NCBI GenBank assembly: GCA_035649355.1
Contig: DASRJS010000103.1
Span: 768 to 64,767 of the forward strand
Reading direction: 5' to 3'
Length of the DNA stretch: 64,000 nucleotides
From: Candidatus Polarisedimenticolia bacterium
GTDB taxonomy: Bacteria > Chloroflexota > Limnocylindria > Limnocylindrales > CSP1-4
The notes under the pieces are model-generated. The model worked only from the letters and a program-made list of their open reading frames with translations. It was not told where the DNA came from and searched no databases. The first letter of the stretch is position 1, and every line of letters begins with the position of its first letter. This document shows positions 37,355 to 48,826 of the stretch, in pieces. The position numbers and the translations under genes were made by a program.

Positions 37355-38831
37355 CCTGCAGACCTTCGAAACCCGCCTTCAGGCCGCCTACGACCGCTAC
37401 CTCGAAGCGGCTCCGACCTGGGTCGACGCGAAAGCCATCGCCGCTGCCGTCAACCGATCAGGCTTGAGCCGCGAGGCCCGCCGGTGGCAGTGGGGTGGCT
37501 TCAGCCCGGCCATGCGCCTCGCCGTGATTGGCCTCATCGTCCTCACGCTCATTGGGGCGGTGCTCGCCGGCGGATCGTGGTTGCGAAGCGTCGTCGAGCC
37601 GTCGCCGACGGCGACCACCATCACGAGTCCGTCGCCCTCGCCAATCGAAACGCCCGTCGCGACACCCTCGCTCACGGAGCCTCCCGCCGGGTCGCTTCTC
37701 GGGGCCAGCGGAACGATCGTGCTCGCCGGCCCGTGCCTTTACGAGCTTGATGCCTCAACCGGGGAGCTGGTGAACGACTGCGCGCGGAATGAATACGAGG
37801 TTGCCGAGAACGGAACCGTGTTCGCGGATTGGCTGTGGTCGCCGAACGGTCAGTTCGGCATCGGCCTGGGATCACACAGCTTGAGCCTGTACGAGCCCGG
37901 GACCGGAACAACCACGCCAATCGCGGGCACCGAGTCGCGCCTGCCGTCCCTCGGCGGCCAGACCAGCCTCCGGGCTTGGTCGCCGGCATCGAACTACTTC
38001 GTGTGGGTGGGTGAGCGCGGGGTTGTCGACGAGTGGGGCGTCTTCGTCGGGACGGTTGAGAATCCGCGCCTGGCCGAGCTCCCATCGTTGCGGGACGGAA
38101 GCTCATGGAGCCTGCCGCTGTGGTCCGCCGACGAGAGCCGGGCGGTCGTCAACACGGACGAGCAGCACGCCGTGCTGGCGAACGGAGACGGCACGACGAT
38201 CCCAGGCGCGCTGGAGTTCGACCGCGGTGAGGTGCTCGCACTATCGCCGAACGGCCGGCAGATCGCGTTCCGCGCCATCCGCGGCGAAGCGGGCAACCCG
38301 AGCACGATCGATGTCGCCATCGGCGATGGCTTCACCGCGCCGACGACAGCAACGAGCTTCTCGGAAGGACTTCTTGCCGTCGCCGCGGCATGGTCGACCG
38401 ACAATTCGAAGCTGGCGATCGTCACCTCGGATGACCTCACGACAGCCGATGCCGGCTACACCCTGTGGATCACCGACGGCACTGGAGCGCCTCGGCAGGC
38501 CGGGACACCCATCCCGCCCGGGACCTATCCGCGCTCGATCGATTGGTCTCCAGACGGCGCGCACGTCCTGGTCCTGTCGCAGGAGCCGCCGGAGTCCTAT
38601 CGGATGTTGGCGACCGTCGTCGCCGTCGCCGACGGTCGTGCTGTCCTGACCGCAACGACGGCGGTCTTCTCCCCGGACGGCCGCTTCGCAATGTACCTAG
38701 GCCCGCGGCCGAGCGGCGCCACGGGCGTGTTCATTGTCGAGCTGGCAACCGGAAGAACGGGCTTGTTTGGGTCGGCCCCGGGCGGGCTCGGCGCGTACAC
38801 CTCACTCACGTGGCTGGAGGAAACACCGTGA
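37347..38831 (+). CDS. single-pass membrane protein with PD40/TolB-like beta-propeller repeats, coupled to ECF sigma 2
   Basis: 8-nt overlap with the sigma gene. TM helix AMRLAVIGLIVLTLIGAVLAG. Repeated WSPNG / LSPNGRQIAF / WSPDGAHV / FSPDGRFA motifs. Confidence 0.75.
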   Translation: MADLQTFETRLQAAYDRYLEAAPTWVDAKAIAAAVNRSGLSREARRWQWGGFSPAMRLAVIGLIVLTLIGAVLAGGSWLRSVVEPSPTATTITSPSPSPIETPVATPSLTEPPAGSLLGASGTIVLAGPCLYELDASTGELVNDCARNEYEVAENGTVFADWLWSPNGQFGIGLGSHSLSLYEPGTGTTTPIAGTESRLPSLGGQTSLRAWSPASNYFVWVGERGVVDEWGVFVGTVENPRLAELPSLRDGSSWSLPLWSADESRAVVNTDEQHAVLANGDGTTIPGALEFDRGEVLALSPNGRQIAFRAIRGEAGNPSTIDVAIGDGFTAPTTATSFSEGLLAVAAAWSTDNSKLAIVTSDDLTTADAGYTLWITDGTGAPRQAGTPIPPGTYPRSIDWSPDGAHVLVLSQEPPESYRMLATVVAVADGRAVLTATTAVFSPDGRFAMYLGPRPSGATGVFIVELATGRTGLFGSAPGGLGAYTSLTWLEETP

Positions 38832-40054
38832 TCCGATGGTCATTCCAGGTCTTCGCAGCGCTCGTACTCCTGAGTATTGCCGCCGGCTGCGGCTCGTCGG
38901 GCAGCTCGATCCCGCGCGAGAGTGCGACCGTCATCGCGACCCCCGACCCCACTGACAAGGCAACCGAGAGGCCGCCGGCGACGTACGCGGCCCCTACTCT
39001 TCCGCCCCTTACGCTCCTCCCGTCACTCCCATCGAACGACCTCGACGCGAAGACGGCAGCGGCTCTCCAAGCCATCTTGAACAGGCATGTCGAGACCGGC
39101 CAGCCGGACGTGCTCGCCGCGGTGATCACGCCCGCCGGCACGTGGTCGAGCGCTGCCGGCGTCGATGGCCCTCAGGGCCGCCTCGCCAACCCGACAGATG
39201 TCTTCACGGTGGCGAGCGTCAGCAAGACGATCCTCGCAGCGGCCATCGTTCGCCTTGCCAGCGCGGGGACGATTGACCTCGACTCGCCGCTGGCCGACTA
39301 CCTCAACGACCTACAAGTCGATAGCAACGGCGCAACCGTCCGGCAGGCGCTGGCGATGCGATCCGGGATTCCGGACACGCCAAGCCAAGTGCTGAGTGAT
39401 GCCCGGCATGACTGCGAGCACGTCTGGACCCGGGCCGAGATCCTCGCGGCCATGCCGGCCCCCGACAACGCGCCGGGAACCGCGTTCGTCTACTCGAACC
39501 CGACGTACAAGCTCCTAGCCTACGCGACCGAGGGCGCGACCGGGAGACCGATGGCGGACGTGCTGGCGAACGAGGTGTTCGAGCCACTTGCCCTTGACCG
39601 GATTGTCGCGATGAGTGCGGACACACCCGCGCCCCAACCGTGGGCGCTGCCCATCGAGGGCCACGGCGGCGACCTGCCGCTGGCGTCGTTCGGAATCGGC
39701 GGAACGCTGCCGTGCCTTTCGGTCTCGACCCTCGCGACACCGGCTCTGGCCATCGCAAGCGACGCGCCAACGCTCGCCCGGTTCGGCTGGGGCCTCTTCT
39801 CAGGAGGTCTGTTTGACCACGACACGCTCGTGGAGATGCTCACGCCGGATGCGGTCGGGCACGGCCTGGGCATCGACAAGCTCCCGGAGTTCAGCGCCGA
39901 CGGTGGCTACGGCCTGGTCGGTCACAACACGGGCTATGTCGCATGGCTCGTCATCCTGCCGGAACACCAGACCGTCGTTGCGCTCTGCATCAACGACGAC
40001 AACGCGCGGGCGGAGATCGTCGTCCGCCAGCTCATCGATGTGCTGAGCGGCTGA
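38828..40054 (+). CDS. serine hydrolase (beta-lactamase class C / DD-peptidase-like) lipoprotein
   Basis: GTGA overlap with the upstream gene. Lipobox LSIAAGC; SxxK (SVSK) and YxN (YSN) motifs. Confidence 0.8.
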   Translation: MIRWSFQVFAALVLLSIAAGCGSSGSSIPRESATVIATPDPTDKATERPPATYAAPTLPPLTLLPSLPSNDLDAKTAAALQAILNRHVETGQPDVLAAVITPAGTWSSAAGVDGPQGRLANPTDVFTVASVSKTILAAAIVRLASAGTIDLDSPLADYLNDLQVDSNGATVRQALAMRSGIPDTPSQVLSDARHDCEHVWTRAEILAAMPAPDNAPGTAFVYSNPTYKLLAYATEGATGRPMADVLANEVFEPLALDRIVAMSADTPAPQPWALPIEGHGGDLPLASFGIGGTLPCLSVSTLATPALAIASDAPTLARFGWGLFSGGLFDHDTLVEMLTPDAVGHGLGIDKLPEFSADGGYGLVGHNTGYVAWLVILPEHQTVVALCINDDNARAEIVVRQLIDVLSG

Positions 40055-40142
40055 CCGGGGCCACCCTCCGCCCGCGCTGTGGACGTCAGGGAGCGTCGGG
40101 GGAATCGAGCTTCGGCCGATGCCCTGAGCCTTCCCGATTCGA

Positions 40143-40187
40143 CGCCTCCGGGCGGTTTCGATAGCATTGGAAAAACCCCCGGAGGCG
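40143..40187 (+). promoter_or_regulatory. leader hairpin that includes the pyrG Shine-Dalgarno sequence in its 3' arm
   Basis: CGCCTCCGGG (40143-52) pairs with CCCGGAGGCG (40178-87), with a 25-nt AT-richer loop. GGAGG at 40181-85, ATG at 40196. Confidence 0.45.
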
Positions 40188-40192
40188 CCTGA

Positions 40193-41890
<1,698 letters not shown>

Positions 41891-41904
41891 GCGTCGGAGC
41901 CCAG

Positions 41905-42270
41905 ATGCGTCGGACCCACCTGAGCCTCTACTACCTCGCGGGCTACCTGATCCCGGCGGGCCTGCTCCTGCTCTTCGTCCCCGAGTTCGCCACCAAGCTG
42001 CTGCTCTCGGATCGCACGTACGACTACGCCCCGTTCCACCTCGTCGGCGTGCTGCTGCTCGTCATCGGCATCCTGATCGTGCAGATCATTCGGTTCCGGC
42101 TCGAGGCGCTCTACTCGACGACGCTCGTTGCGCGCGCGCTCATCAGCGCGACGCTCCTCTGGCTGTACCTCAACACCGGCGATCCGTTCTTCGCGGTGAT
42201 TCTCGTCATCGTGCTCATCGGGGTCGGGATCACGGGGATCAGCTACCTGCTCGACCGCCGCTCGGCCTAG
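41905..42270 (+). CDS. hypothetical 4-TM membrane protein
   Basis: MRRTHLSLYYLAGYLIPAGLLLLFVPEF...; hydrophobic, 121 aa, 14 nt after pyrG. Confidence 0.6.
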   Translation: MRRTHLSLYYLAGYLIPAGLLLLFVPEFATKLLLSDRTYDYAPFHLVGVLLLVIGILIVQIIRFRLEALYSTTLVARALISATLLWLYLNTGDPFFAVILVIVLIGVGITGISYLLDRRSA

Positions 42271-42279
42271 CCGCTCGGC

Positions 42280-42789
42280 CTAGCGACCCTCCTCCGCGGT
42301 CCCGCGCGGCGGCTCTGCGACCATTCGCCCGCCGCGGACGGTGGCCCCGACGACCATCGCCGCCGTGATCAGCACGACGTTCTTGATGATGTACTGACCT
42401 TCGAGCGTCGGCACGAACGGAAAGCGCATGAACGTCTCGTCCGGGAAGAAGACGAGCGGCAGGAACGTCCCGATCATCTGGACGGCGAGCAGGAACAACG
42501 TCGCGCGCAGGAAGCGCCCGGTCAGCAGGCCAAGGCCGATGAGCGTTTCCCATGTCGCGAGCACCGGCAACGAGAGGCTCGGCCCGACGACGCCGAGGGT
42601 CAGGCGTTCGATGGTTCGCGCCGCGAGGTCCTGGGCCGGACTCAGGTCCGGGAAGAACTTCAGGACGCCGAACCAGAAGAAGACGACGCCGAGCGCGATC
42701 CGCGCGACCGTCGGCCCGAGGCGGGCCAGGCTTGCCGTGATCCGTCGGTCGAGTGGTTCCATGACGGCGGGAACGCCTCGATCGGTCAT
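42280..42789 (-). CDS. DoxX/DUF417-like membrane protein
   Basis: ARIALGVVFFWFGVLKFFP...TWETLIGLGLLTG...GQYIIKNVVLITAAMVV pattern. Start is ATG 42789 (alternative 42852). Confidence 0.65.
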   Translation of the reverse strand: MTDRGVPAVMEPLDRRITASLARLGPTVARIALGVVFFWFGVLKFFPDLSPAQDLAARTIERLTLGVVGPSLSLPVLATWETLIGLGLLTGRFLRATLFLLAVQMIGTFLPLVFFPDETFMRFPFVPTLEGQYIIKNVVLITAAMVVGATVRGGRMVAEPPRGTAEEGR

Positions 42790-42877
42790 GGCGCCAAGTA
42801 TCGGCCCGAACCTCGTCCGGACGTAGAATCCTCGCGAACTTGAGACCGCCAAGCCGATTCCCGAAGGGAGTCACCCG

Positions 42878-43549
42878 ATGAAGCTCTTCCTCGACACCGC
42901 CGACATCGACGAGATCCGCACCGTCGCCGCATGGGGCGTCCTCGACGGCGTGACCACCAACCCAACGCTGTACTCGAAGGTCGGCGGCGCGTCCTACGAC
43001 GCGATCCTCCAGGAGATCTGCAAGATCGTGCCCGGCCCGGTTTCGGCCGAGGTCGTCGCCGAGGACGTCGAGGGCATGCTCACGGAAGGCCGCCACTTCG
43101 CGAAGCTCGCCGACAACATCGTCGTCAAGGTGCCGATGAGCGAGACCGGCCTCGAGGCGATGAGCCGCTTCCGGGCCGAGGGCATCAAGACGAACTGCAC
43201 GCTCATCTTCACGGCGAACCAGGGCCTGCTCGCCGCGAAGGCCGGGGCGTCGCTGCTGTCGCCGTTCGTCGGCCGCCTCGATGACATCAACGAGGAGGGG
43301 ATGACGGTCATCCGCGAGCTCTCGGAGATCATCCGGTTCTTCGAGTACGACTCCGAAGTCCTCTCGGCCTCGATCCGCCATCCGCGCCACGTCACCGAGT
43401 CCGCCCTTGCCGGCGCCCACATCGCGACGCTGCCGTTCAAGGTCTTCCAGCAGATGGTCCGCCACCCGCTCACGGACAAGGGCATCGTCCAGTTCCGAAA
43501 AGACTGGGACGACGCGCGCGCCGCGCTCGCCGCCCGCAAGGGCGACTGA
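42878..43549 (+). CDS. tal: transaldolase (fructose-6-phosphate aldolase-type, about 220 aa)
   Basis: MKLFLDTADIDEI, VTTNPTL, KVPMS (Schiff-base Lys) motifs; GAAGGGAG RBS. Confidence 0.92.
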   Translation: MKLFLDTADIDEIRTVAAWGVLDGVTTNPTLYSKVGGASYDAILQEICKIVPGPVSAEVVAEDVEGMLTEGRHFAKLADNIVVKVPMSETGLEAMSRFRAEGIKTNCTLIFTANQGLLAAKAGASLLSPFVGRLDDINEEGMTVIRELSEIIRFFEYDSEVLSASIRHPRHVTESALAGAHIATLPFKVFQQMVRHPLTDKGIVQFRKDWDDARAALAARKGD

Positions 43550-43808
43550 GCCGAGGGGCGGCTCCGTCCGACCCCACCTGCCACCGCGACGGGCGCTCGA
43601 CGCTCCGTCAGTTTCCCGTCGTGTGGCAGTTACGCAAGGCGAACGCGGGCGGTCGAGCCTGACGACGTGTCGGGCACGCTTTGCTTGTGCACGGATCGAG
43701 CTTCCTTGCCCTCGGTCGGCCTGTCGGCGATCGGCAACCGCTGCATAACTGCCACCTGGTGGCAATTCGACGGAGGTTGACGGTCAGCCACCGAGCCGCG
43801 CGGCAACA

Positions 43809-43837
43809 TTGACGGCCGCCTGATCGGGAAGTAGACT
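43809..43837 (+). promoter_or_regulatory. sigma-70-type promoter TTGACG-17-TAGACT upstream of rho
   Basis: -35 at 43809-14, -10 at 43832-37. Followed by a C-rich, G-poor leader. Confidence 0.55.
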
Positions 43838-43923
43838 CCAAGCATCCCCTCGACCGCGCCGCGGATGCCCTCCCGCGCGGCTCGAACGCCCCCGGCCCGC
43901 CTCGTCGCGGCCGCATTCCACAG

Positions 43924-45324
43924 GTGAACCCTATCCAAATGCCCGGACCTGACCAGCAGCGCGATCAGCGCGCACGCCGTCGACCCCGCCGTCGCCATCC
44001 CGCTCCTCGGATGCCCGTTACCGATCACGAGGAGCTCCTCGAGGCCGAGGCCGCCCGCGAGCGGAACGACCTCGACATCGCCGATCTCCAGGAGATGAGC
44101 GCCGCCGAGCTCAAGCAGGTCACTCGCGACCTCGAGCTCGAGGCCGTCTCCGGCGAGCCCAAGGTTGACCTTGTCGACCGAATCCTCCGTCGCCAGACCG
44201 AGCGCGCCGGCCATGCCTATGCCACCGGCATCCTCGACATCGTCGACGAGGGCTACGGCTTCATGCGGCGTCATGGCCTCCTGCCGGGACCGGACGATGT
44301 CTACGTCTCGTCCAGCCAGGTCCGCCGCTTCGCGCTCCGCGTCGGCGACCGCGTCTCGGGCGCCGTTCGCTCCCCGCGCGACCAGGAGAAGTACTGGGGC
44401 CTGATCCGCGTCGACAGCGTCAACGGCGTCGACGTCGAGACCGCCAGCCGGCGGCCCGTCTTCAACGACCTCACGCCGGTCCACCCGGACGAGCTCATCA
44501 ACCTCGAGAGCGACCCGAAGAACCTCAGCCAGCGCCTCGTCAACCTCGTCAACCCGATCGGCAAGGGCCAGCGCGCGCTCATCGTCAGCCCGCCGAAGGC
44601 CGGCAAGACGATGCTCCTCAAGGCCATGGCCAACGGCATCACTGCGAACTACCCGGAAATCCTGCTGATGGTCGCCCTCATCGGCGAGCGGCCCGAGGAA
44701 GTCACGGACATGCGCCGCAGCGTCAAGGGTGAGGTGATCAGCTCGACCTTCGACGAGCCGACCGAGAACCACACCCACGTCGCCGAGATGGCGCTGGAGA
44801 TCGCGAAGCGCCAGGTCGAGACCGGCCGCGACGTCGTGATCCTGCTCGATTCGATCACGCGCCTCGCGCGCGCCTACAACCTCGCCCTGCCGCCCTCGGG
44901 GCGGACCCTCTCCGGCGGCCTCGACCCGATCGCGCTGTACCCGCCGAAGCGCTTCTTCGGGGCGGCGCGGAAGATCGAGGAGGGCGGCTCGCTCACGATC
45001 ATCGGCACGTGCCTCGTTGATACGGGTTCGCGCATGGACGACGTGATCTACGAGGAATTCAAGGGCACCGGCAACTCCGAGCTCATCCTGGACCGGAAGC
45101 TCGCCGAGAAGCGGATCTATCCCTCGATCGACGTCATGCGCTCGGGCACTCGCCGAGAGGAGCTGCTCCTCGAAGAGGGCACCCTCAAGATGGTCTGGAC
45201 GATGCGCCGGATGCTTTCCGCGGTGGGCACGAACGAGGGCATCGAGCTGCTTCTCAACCGCCTTGCAAAGACGGATACGAACGTCCAGTTCCTCGCCGGC
45301 CTGACGAAGAGCCTGGACAGCTAG
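43924..45324 (+). CDS. rho: transcription termination factor Rho
   Basis: GYGFMR (RNA-binding domain), PPKAGKT Walker [17 protein letters not shown]. Start is uncertain: GTG 43924, or ATG 44011 ([10 protein letters not shown]). Confidence 0.92.
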   Translation: MNPIQMPGPDQQRDQRARRRPRRRHPAPRMPVTDHEELLEAEAARERNDLDIADLQEMSAAELKQVTRDLELEAVSGEPKVDLVDRILRRQTERAGHAYATGILDIVDEGYGFMRRHGLLPGPDDVYVSSSQVRRFALRVGDRVSGAVRSPRDQEKYWGLIRVDSVNGVDVETASRRPVFNDLTPVHPDELINLESDPKNLSQRLVNLVNPIGKGQRALIVSPPKAGKTMLLKAMANGITANYPEILLMVALIGERPEEVTDMRRSVKGEVISSTFDEPTENHTHVAEMALEIAKRQVETGRDVVILLDSITRLARAYNLALPPSGRTLSGGLDPIALYPPKRFFGAARKIEEGGSLTIIGTCLVDTGSRMDDVIYEEFKGTGNSELILDRKLAEKRIYPSIDVMRSGTRREELLLEEGTLKMVWTMRRMLSAVGTNEGIELLLNRLAKTDTNVQFLAGLTKSLDS

Positions 45325-45515
45325 CGGCAACGGGGGGCCATACGGCCCGCACGCGACGGGCCACTTGACCGTTTGCAAGACCCCCGTAATGCGTGGTACG
45401 GTCCAGCCGATGTCGCAGCCCGCGGAGGAGCGGGCTCCGGCCGCGAAGTGAGACCCCCAGCTCGAATCTCGCGACCCTGGACGGCACCGGGTCCCTCCAT
45501 TGACCCACGCTGCAG

Positions 45516-46772
45516 TTGTCCCGCCGTCCGCATCTGGAGACCGTATTGCTGAAGGCCCTGGCCGGCGTCCGCCGTCCCATCATCGGCGAACGACCCGCCT
45601 CGAGCGATCGCTCGGTCCAGCCCATCCCCGCGACCCGCTTCCAGCGCCGCTCCATCGGAGCTGTGCGTCGTCTGGCTGAGCGTGTGGTCGCATCTGCGCG
45701 TGCCGCGCTCGGCTCTGAGCGGGTCCTGCCCGTCGGCGCCGCGCTCCTCGTGCTCCTTGCCTCGATGGCCAGCTTCCAGCCCGCGGCCGCGACCGGCGGC
45801 ACGACGACCGACACGAGCCAGGAAGCCCGCGTCGCCGTCGGCGGTGTCGACGGCAGCGGCGTCGTTGGCGCTCCGTATGACGAAGCCGAGCTCGAATCGA
45901 TCTTCGGTCGTGCGAGCGGCTCGGCCGCCGGCTCCGGCGCCGGCTCGATCGTCGACGACGGCACCCTCTACAAGCCCGTCCTGCCCGAGACCACGGTCAT
46001 CGACGGCAAGAGCCTGCTCCGGCGCTACGTCGTCAAGTCCGGCGACACGCTGATCGGGATCGCGGACCAGGCAGGCGTCTCGATGATGACCGTCTGGTGG
46101 GCGAACAAGCTCAAGGCCAAGGACGACCTCCACATCGGCCAGACGCTGGTCATCCCGCCCGTCAACGGCCTCGTCGTGACCGTCAAGGACGGCGACACAC
46201 TCGACGCTCTCGCCACGACCTACAAGGTCGACGCCGCAGCCGTCGTCGACGTCAACCGCCTCGAGGACACGAACCTCGTCATCGGCCAGGTCCTGATCCT
46301 GCCGGGGGCTGTTGGCGCGCCGATTCCGGAGGCCCCAAAGCCGCCGCGGAGCAGTGGTGGCGGCTCGTCGAGCGGTGTCGGCGGCTCGTACACCGGCGGT
46401 CGCTTCGCGTGGCCCGTCGTCGGCGGCAACAACTACATCAGCCAGTACTTCCACTACGGCCACTACGCGATCGACATCGCGGCCACGTACGGCTCGAAGG
46501 TCGTCGCGGCGGCGGCCGGCAAGGTCGTCTTCTCCGGTTGGCGCAACAACGGCGGCGGCTACCAGGTCTGGATCTCGCACGGCGGCAACCTGTACACGGG
46601 CTACTTCCACATGTCGTCCCTCACCGTGAGCAGCGGCCAGTACGTCTCGAAGGCCCAGCAGGTCGGCCGGATCGGCCAGACCGGGTGGGCGACCGGTCCG
46701 CACCTCCACTTCGTCGTGTCGATCGGACCGATCGAAGGCGGGCAGCCGGTCAACCCGCTGCGCTACTACTGA
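45516..46772 (+). CDS. LysM-domain M23 family metallopeptidase (peptidoglycan DD-endopeptidase)
   Basis: Two LysM repeats (YVVKSGDTLIGIA.., VTVKDGDTLDALA..), then M23 motifs HYAIDI and GPHLHF. A signal/TM segment is present. The start may lie downstream of 45516. Confidence 0.85.
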   Translation: MSRRPHLETVLLKALAGVRRPIIGERPASSDRSVQPIPATRFQRRSIGAVRRLAERVVASARAALGSERVLPVGAALLVLLASMASFQPAAATGGTTTDTSQEARVAVGGVDGSGVVGAPYDEAELESIFGRASGSAAGSGAGSIVDDGTLYKPVLPETTVIDGKSLLRRYVVKSGDTLIGIADQAGVSMMTVWWANKLKAKDDLHIGQTLVIPPVNGLVVTVKDGDTLDALATTYKVDAAAVVDVNRLEDTNLVIGQVLILPGAVGAPIPEAPKPPRSSGGGSSSGVGGSYTGGRFAWPVVGGNNYISQYFHYGHYAIDIAATYGSKVVAAAAGKVVFSGWRNNGGGYQVWISHGGNLYTGYFHMSSLTVSSGQYVSKAQQVGRIGQTGWATGPHLHFVVSIGPIEGGQPVNPLRYY

Positions 46773-46870
46773 GCCGCGGGCGCCTCGAGCGCCCCCTGCG
46801 GCGCCTCGGGCGCCGGCAGCACGGCTCTCGCCCGGGCCCTGACGCGGACCGGATGAAGTAGGGTCAGCCC

Positions 46871-48163
46871 GTGTTCCTCGACCAGGTCACGCTCTTTGTT
46901 CGTGCCGGCGCGGGCGGCGACGGCGCGGCGACGTTCCGACGCGAAGCCCACGTTCCGCGCGGCGGACCCGATGGCGGTGACGGCGGACGCGGCGGCTCGA
47001 TCGAGCTCGTCGTCGACGCCGGCCAGACGACGCTCCGGGACTTCCAGCAGAAGCACCACTTCCGAGCGACTCCGGGTGGCCGCGGCGAAGGCAACAATCG
47101 GCACGGCAAGGCCGGCGAGACGTTGCGCCTGAGCGTTCCGCCCGGCACGTCCGTGTACGACGCCACGAGCGGCGCGCTGCTTGCGGACCTGGTCGCGGTT
47201 GGGCAATCGGCCGTGGTCGCGCGTGGTGGCCGCGGCGGGCTCGGCAACAAGCACTTCGCGACCTCGACACACCAGGCCCCGAAGCACGCCCAGAAGGGCG
47301 AGCCCGGCGAAGAGCGAACGCTCCGCCTCGAGCTCCGGCTCATCGCCGACGTCGGGCTCGTCGGCCTTCCGAATGCCGGGAAGTCGACGTTGCTCGCGGC
47401 GTTGACGGCGGCCCGCCCGAAGATCGCCCCATACCCGTTCACGACGCTCGAACCGAACCTCGGCGTGCTCGATCTCGGCGACGACGAAGATCGCAGGCCG
47501 ACGATCGCCGACGTCCCCGGGCTGATCGAGGGCGCGAGCACCGGCGCGGGCCTCGGACATGCGTTCCTGCGGCACGTGTCGCGGACGCGCGTCCTCGTCC
47601 ACGTCGTCGACGGCGCGGCGCGCGACGCGGAGTGGGATTACGGGGTCATCGTCGAGGAGCTGCGGGCCCACGATCCGGCGCTCCTCGCGAAGCCGCGCCT
47701 GATCGCGTTCAACAAGCTCGACCTGCCGGCCGCGAACGATGCGTGGCCGGCGTTCCAACGCGCCCGCAAGCGCGAGAAGGTGACGACCATCGGCCTGTCC
47801 GCGGACCGGGGCGACGGTCTCCCGGAGCTGCGCGCGGCGCTCGCGGCGCTCCTGCCCGACGCCGCAACGCTTGCAGAGGCCCCGCCGCCGACCGAGGTCG
47901 TCGTCCATCGGATCGACCCGGCCGTCGAGGGCTTCTCGGTGATCGCCGAGGGCCCCGGCAGGTACCGCGTGAAGGGCCGCCGGATCGAACGCATTGCCGC
48001 GCAGACGAACTTCGACATCGAAGAGTCTGCCGAGCGTTTCCAGCGCGATCTCGCCCGCCTCGGCATCGAGGACGCGCTGCGCGAGGCCGGGATCGAACCC
48101 GGCGACGTCGTTCGCATCGGGGCCGCCGAGCTGGACTGGGAGCCGGCGCCGTGGGAGGCGTGA
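46871..48163 (+). CDS. obg: GTPase ObgE/CgtA
   Basis: GGDGGRGGS Obg fold, GLPNAGKSTLL G1 motif, C-terminal OCT-like domain; GTG start. Confidence 0.93.
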   Translation: MFLDQVTLFVRAGAGGDGAATFRREAHVPRGGPDGGDGGRGGSIELVVDAGQTTLRDFQQKHHFRATPGGRGEGNNRHGKAGETLRLSVPPGTSVYDATSGALLADLVAVGQSAVVARGGRGGLGNKHFATSTHQAPKHAQKGEPGEERTLRLELRLIADVGLVGLPNAGKSTLLAALTAARPKIAPYPFTTLEPNLGVLDLGDDEDRRPTIADVPGLIEGASTGAGLGHAFLRHVSRTRVLVHVVDGAARDAEWDYGVIVEELRAHDPALLAKPRLIAFNKLDLPAANDAWPAFQRARKREKVTTIGLSADRGDGLPELRAALAALLPDAATLAEAPPPTEVVVHRIDPAVEGFSVIAEGPGRYRVKGRRIERIAAQTNFDIEESAERFQRDLARLGIEDALREAGIEPGDVVRIGAAELDWEPAPWEA

Positions 48164-48822
48164 CGGGCGCCGGCGGGATCCAGCCAGCGGCCCCGGTCGT
48201 ACCCGACTCGCTCGGGATCATGGGCGGGACGTTCGACCCGATCCATCTCGGCCACCTCGCCGCCGCCGACGAGGCCCGCGAGGTCCTCGGGCTCGAGCGG
48301 ATCGTGTTCGTCCCCGCGGGCATTCCGCCGCACAAGACGGCCCAGTCCGTGACCGCGCCGGGGCATCGGCTTGCGATGGTCGAAGCCGCCATCGCCGACA
48401 ACGCCGCGTTCGAGGTGAGCCGGATCGACATCGATCGGGCGGGTCCGTCGTTCACGGTCGACACCGTCGAGCTCGTCGCCGCCGCCGAACGCACCGCCGG
48501 GCGCGAGCCGGACCTGACGTTCATCCTCTCGTCCGAGACGCTGCTCGAGCTGCCGACGTGGCACGAACCGGAGCGGCTGCTGGACCAGTGCCGGCTCGCG
48601 GTCATGCCTCGAGCCGGCTATCCGGCCCCGGACCGAGCCTGGCTCACGGAGCACTTTCCTGGCCGCGAGGACCGTGTCGTCAGCCTCGGCGGGGCGCGCC
48701 TCGAGATCTCGTCATCGGCGATCCGCGATCGCGTGGCCCGCCGCCGCTCGATCCGCTACCTCGTGCCAGCCGCGGTCGCGGAATACATCACCGCGCACCG
48801 CCTGTACGCCGGTGGAGGCTGA
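48160..48822 (+). CDS. nadD: nicotinate-nucleotide adenylyltransferase
   Basis: GIMGGTFDPIHLGHL (HxGH) motif. GTG 48160 overlaps the obg stop (GTGA). The upstream part of ORF 47632.. is spurious. Confidence 0.88.
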   Translation: MTGAGGIQPAAPVVPDSLGIMGGTFDPIHLGHLAAADEAREVLGLERIVFVPAGIPPHKTAQSVTAPGHRLAMVEAAIADNAAFEVSRIDIDRAGPSFTVDTVELVAAAERTAGREPDLTFILSSETLLELPTWHEPERLLDQCRLAVMPRAGYPAPDRAWLTEHFPGREDRVVSLGGARLEISSSAIRDRVARRRSIRYLVPAAVAEYITAHRLYAGGG

Positions 48823-48826
48823 GCCG

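Noticed and set aside
45380-45660. c-di-AMP (ydaO-type) riboswitch upstream of the LysM-M23 peptidase
   Set aside because: The genomic context fits, since cell-wall hydrolases in Actinomycetota often carry it. A segment ACCCCCAGCTCGAATCTCG loosely resembles the conserved ACCCGNCAGCUAAC element. However, I could not find the other conserved blocks (GGGGA..CCCA, GGGUGAAUC) in the right order. An Infernal scan with RF00379 would settle it. The long, possibly structured leader itself is real.
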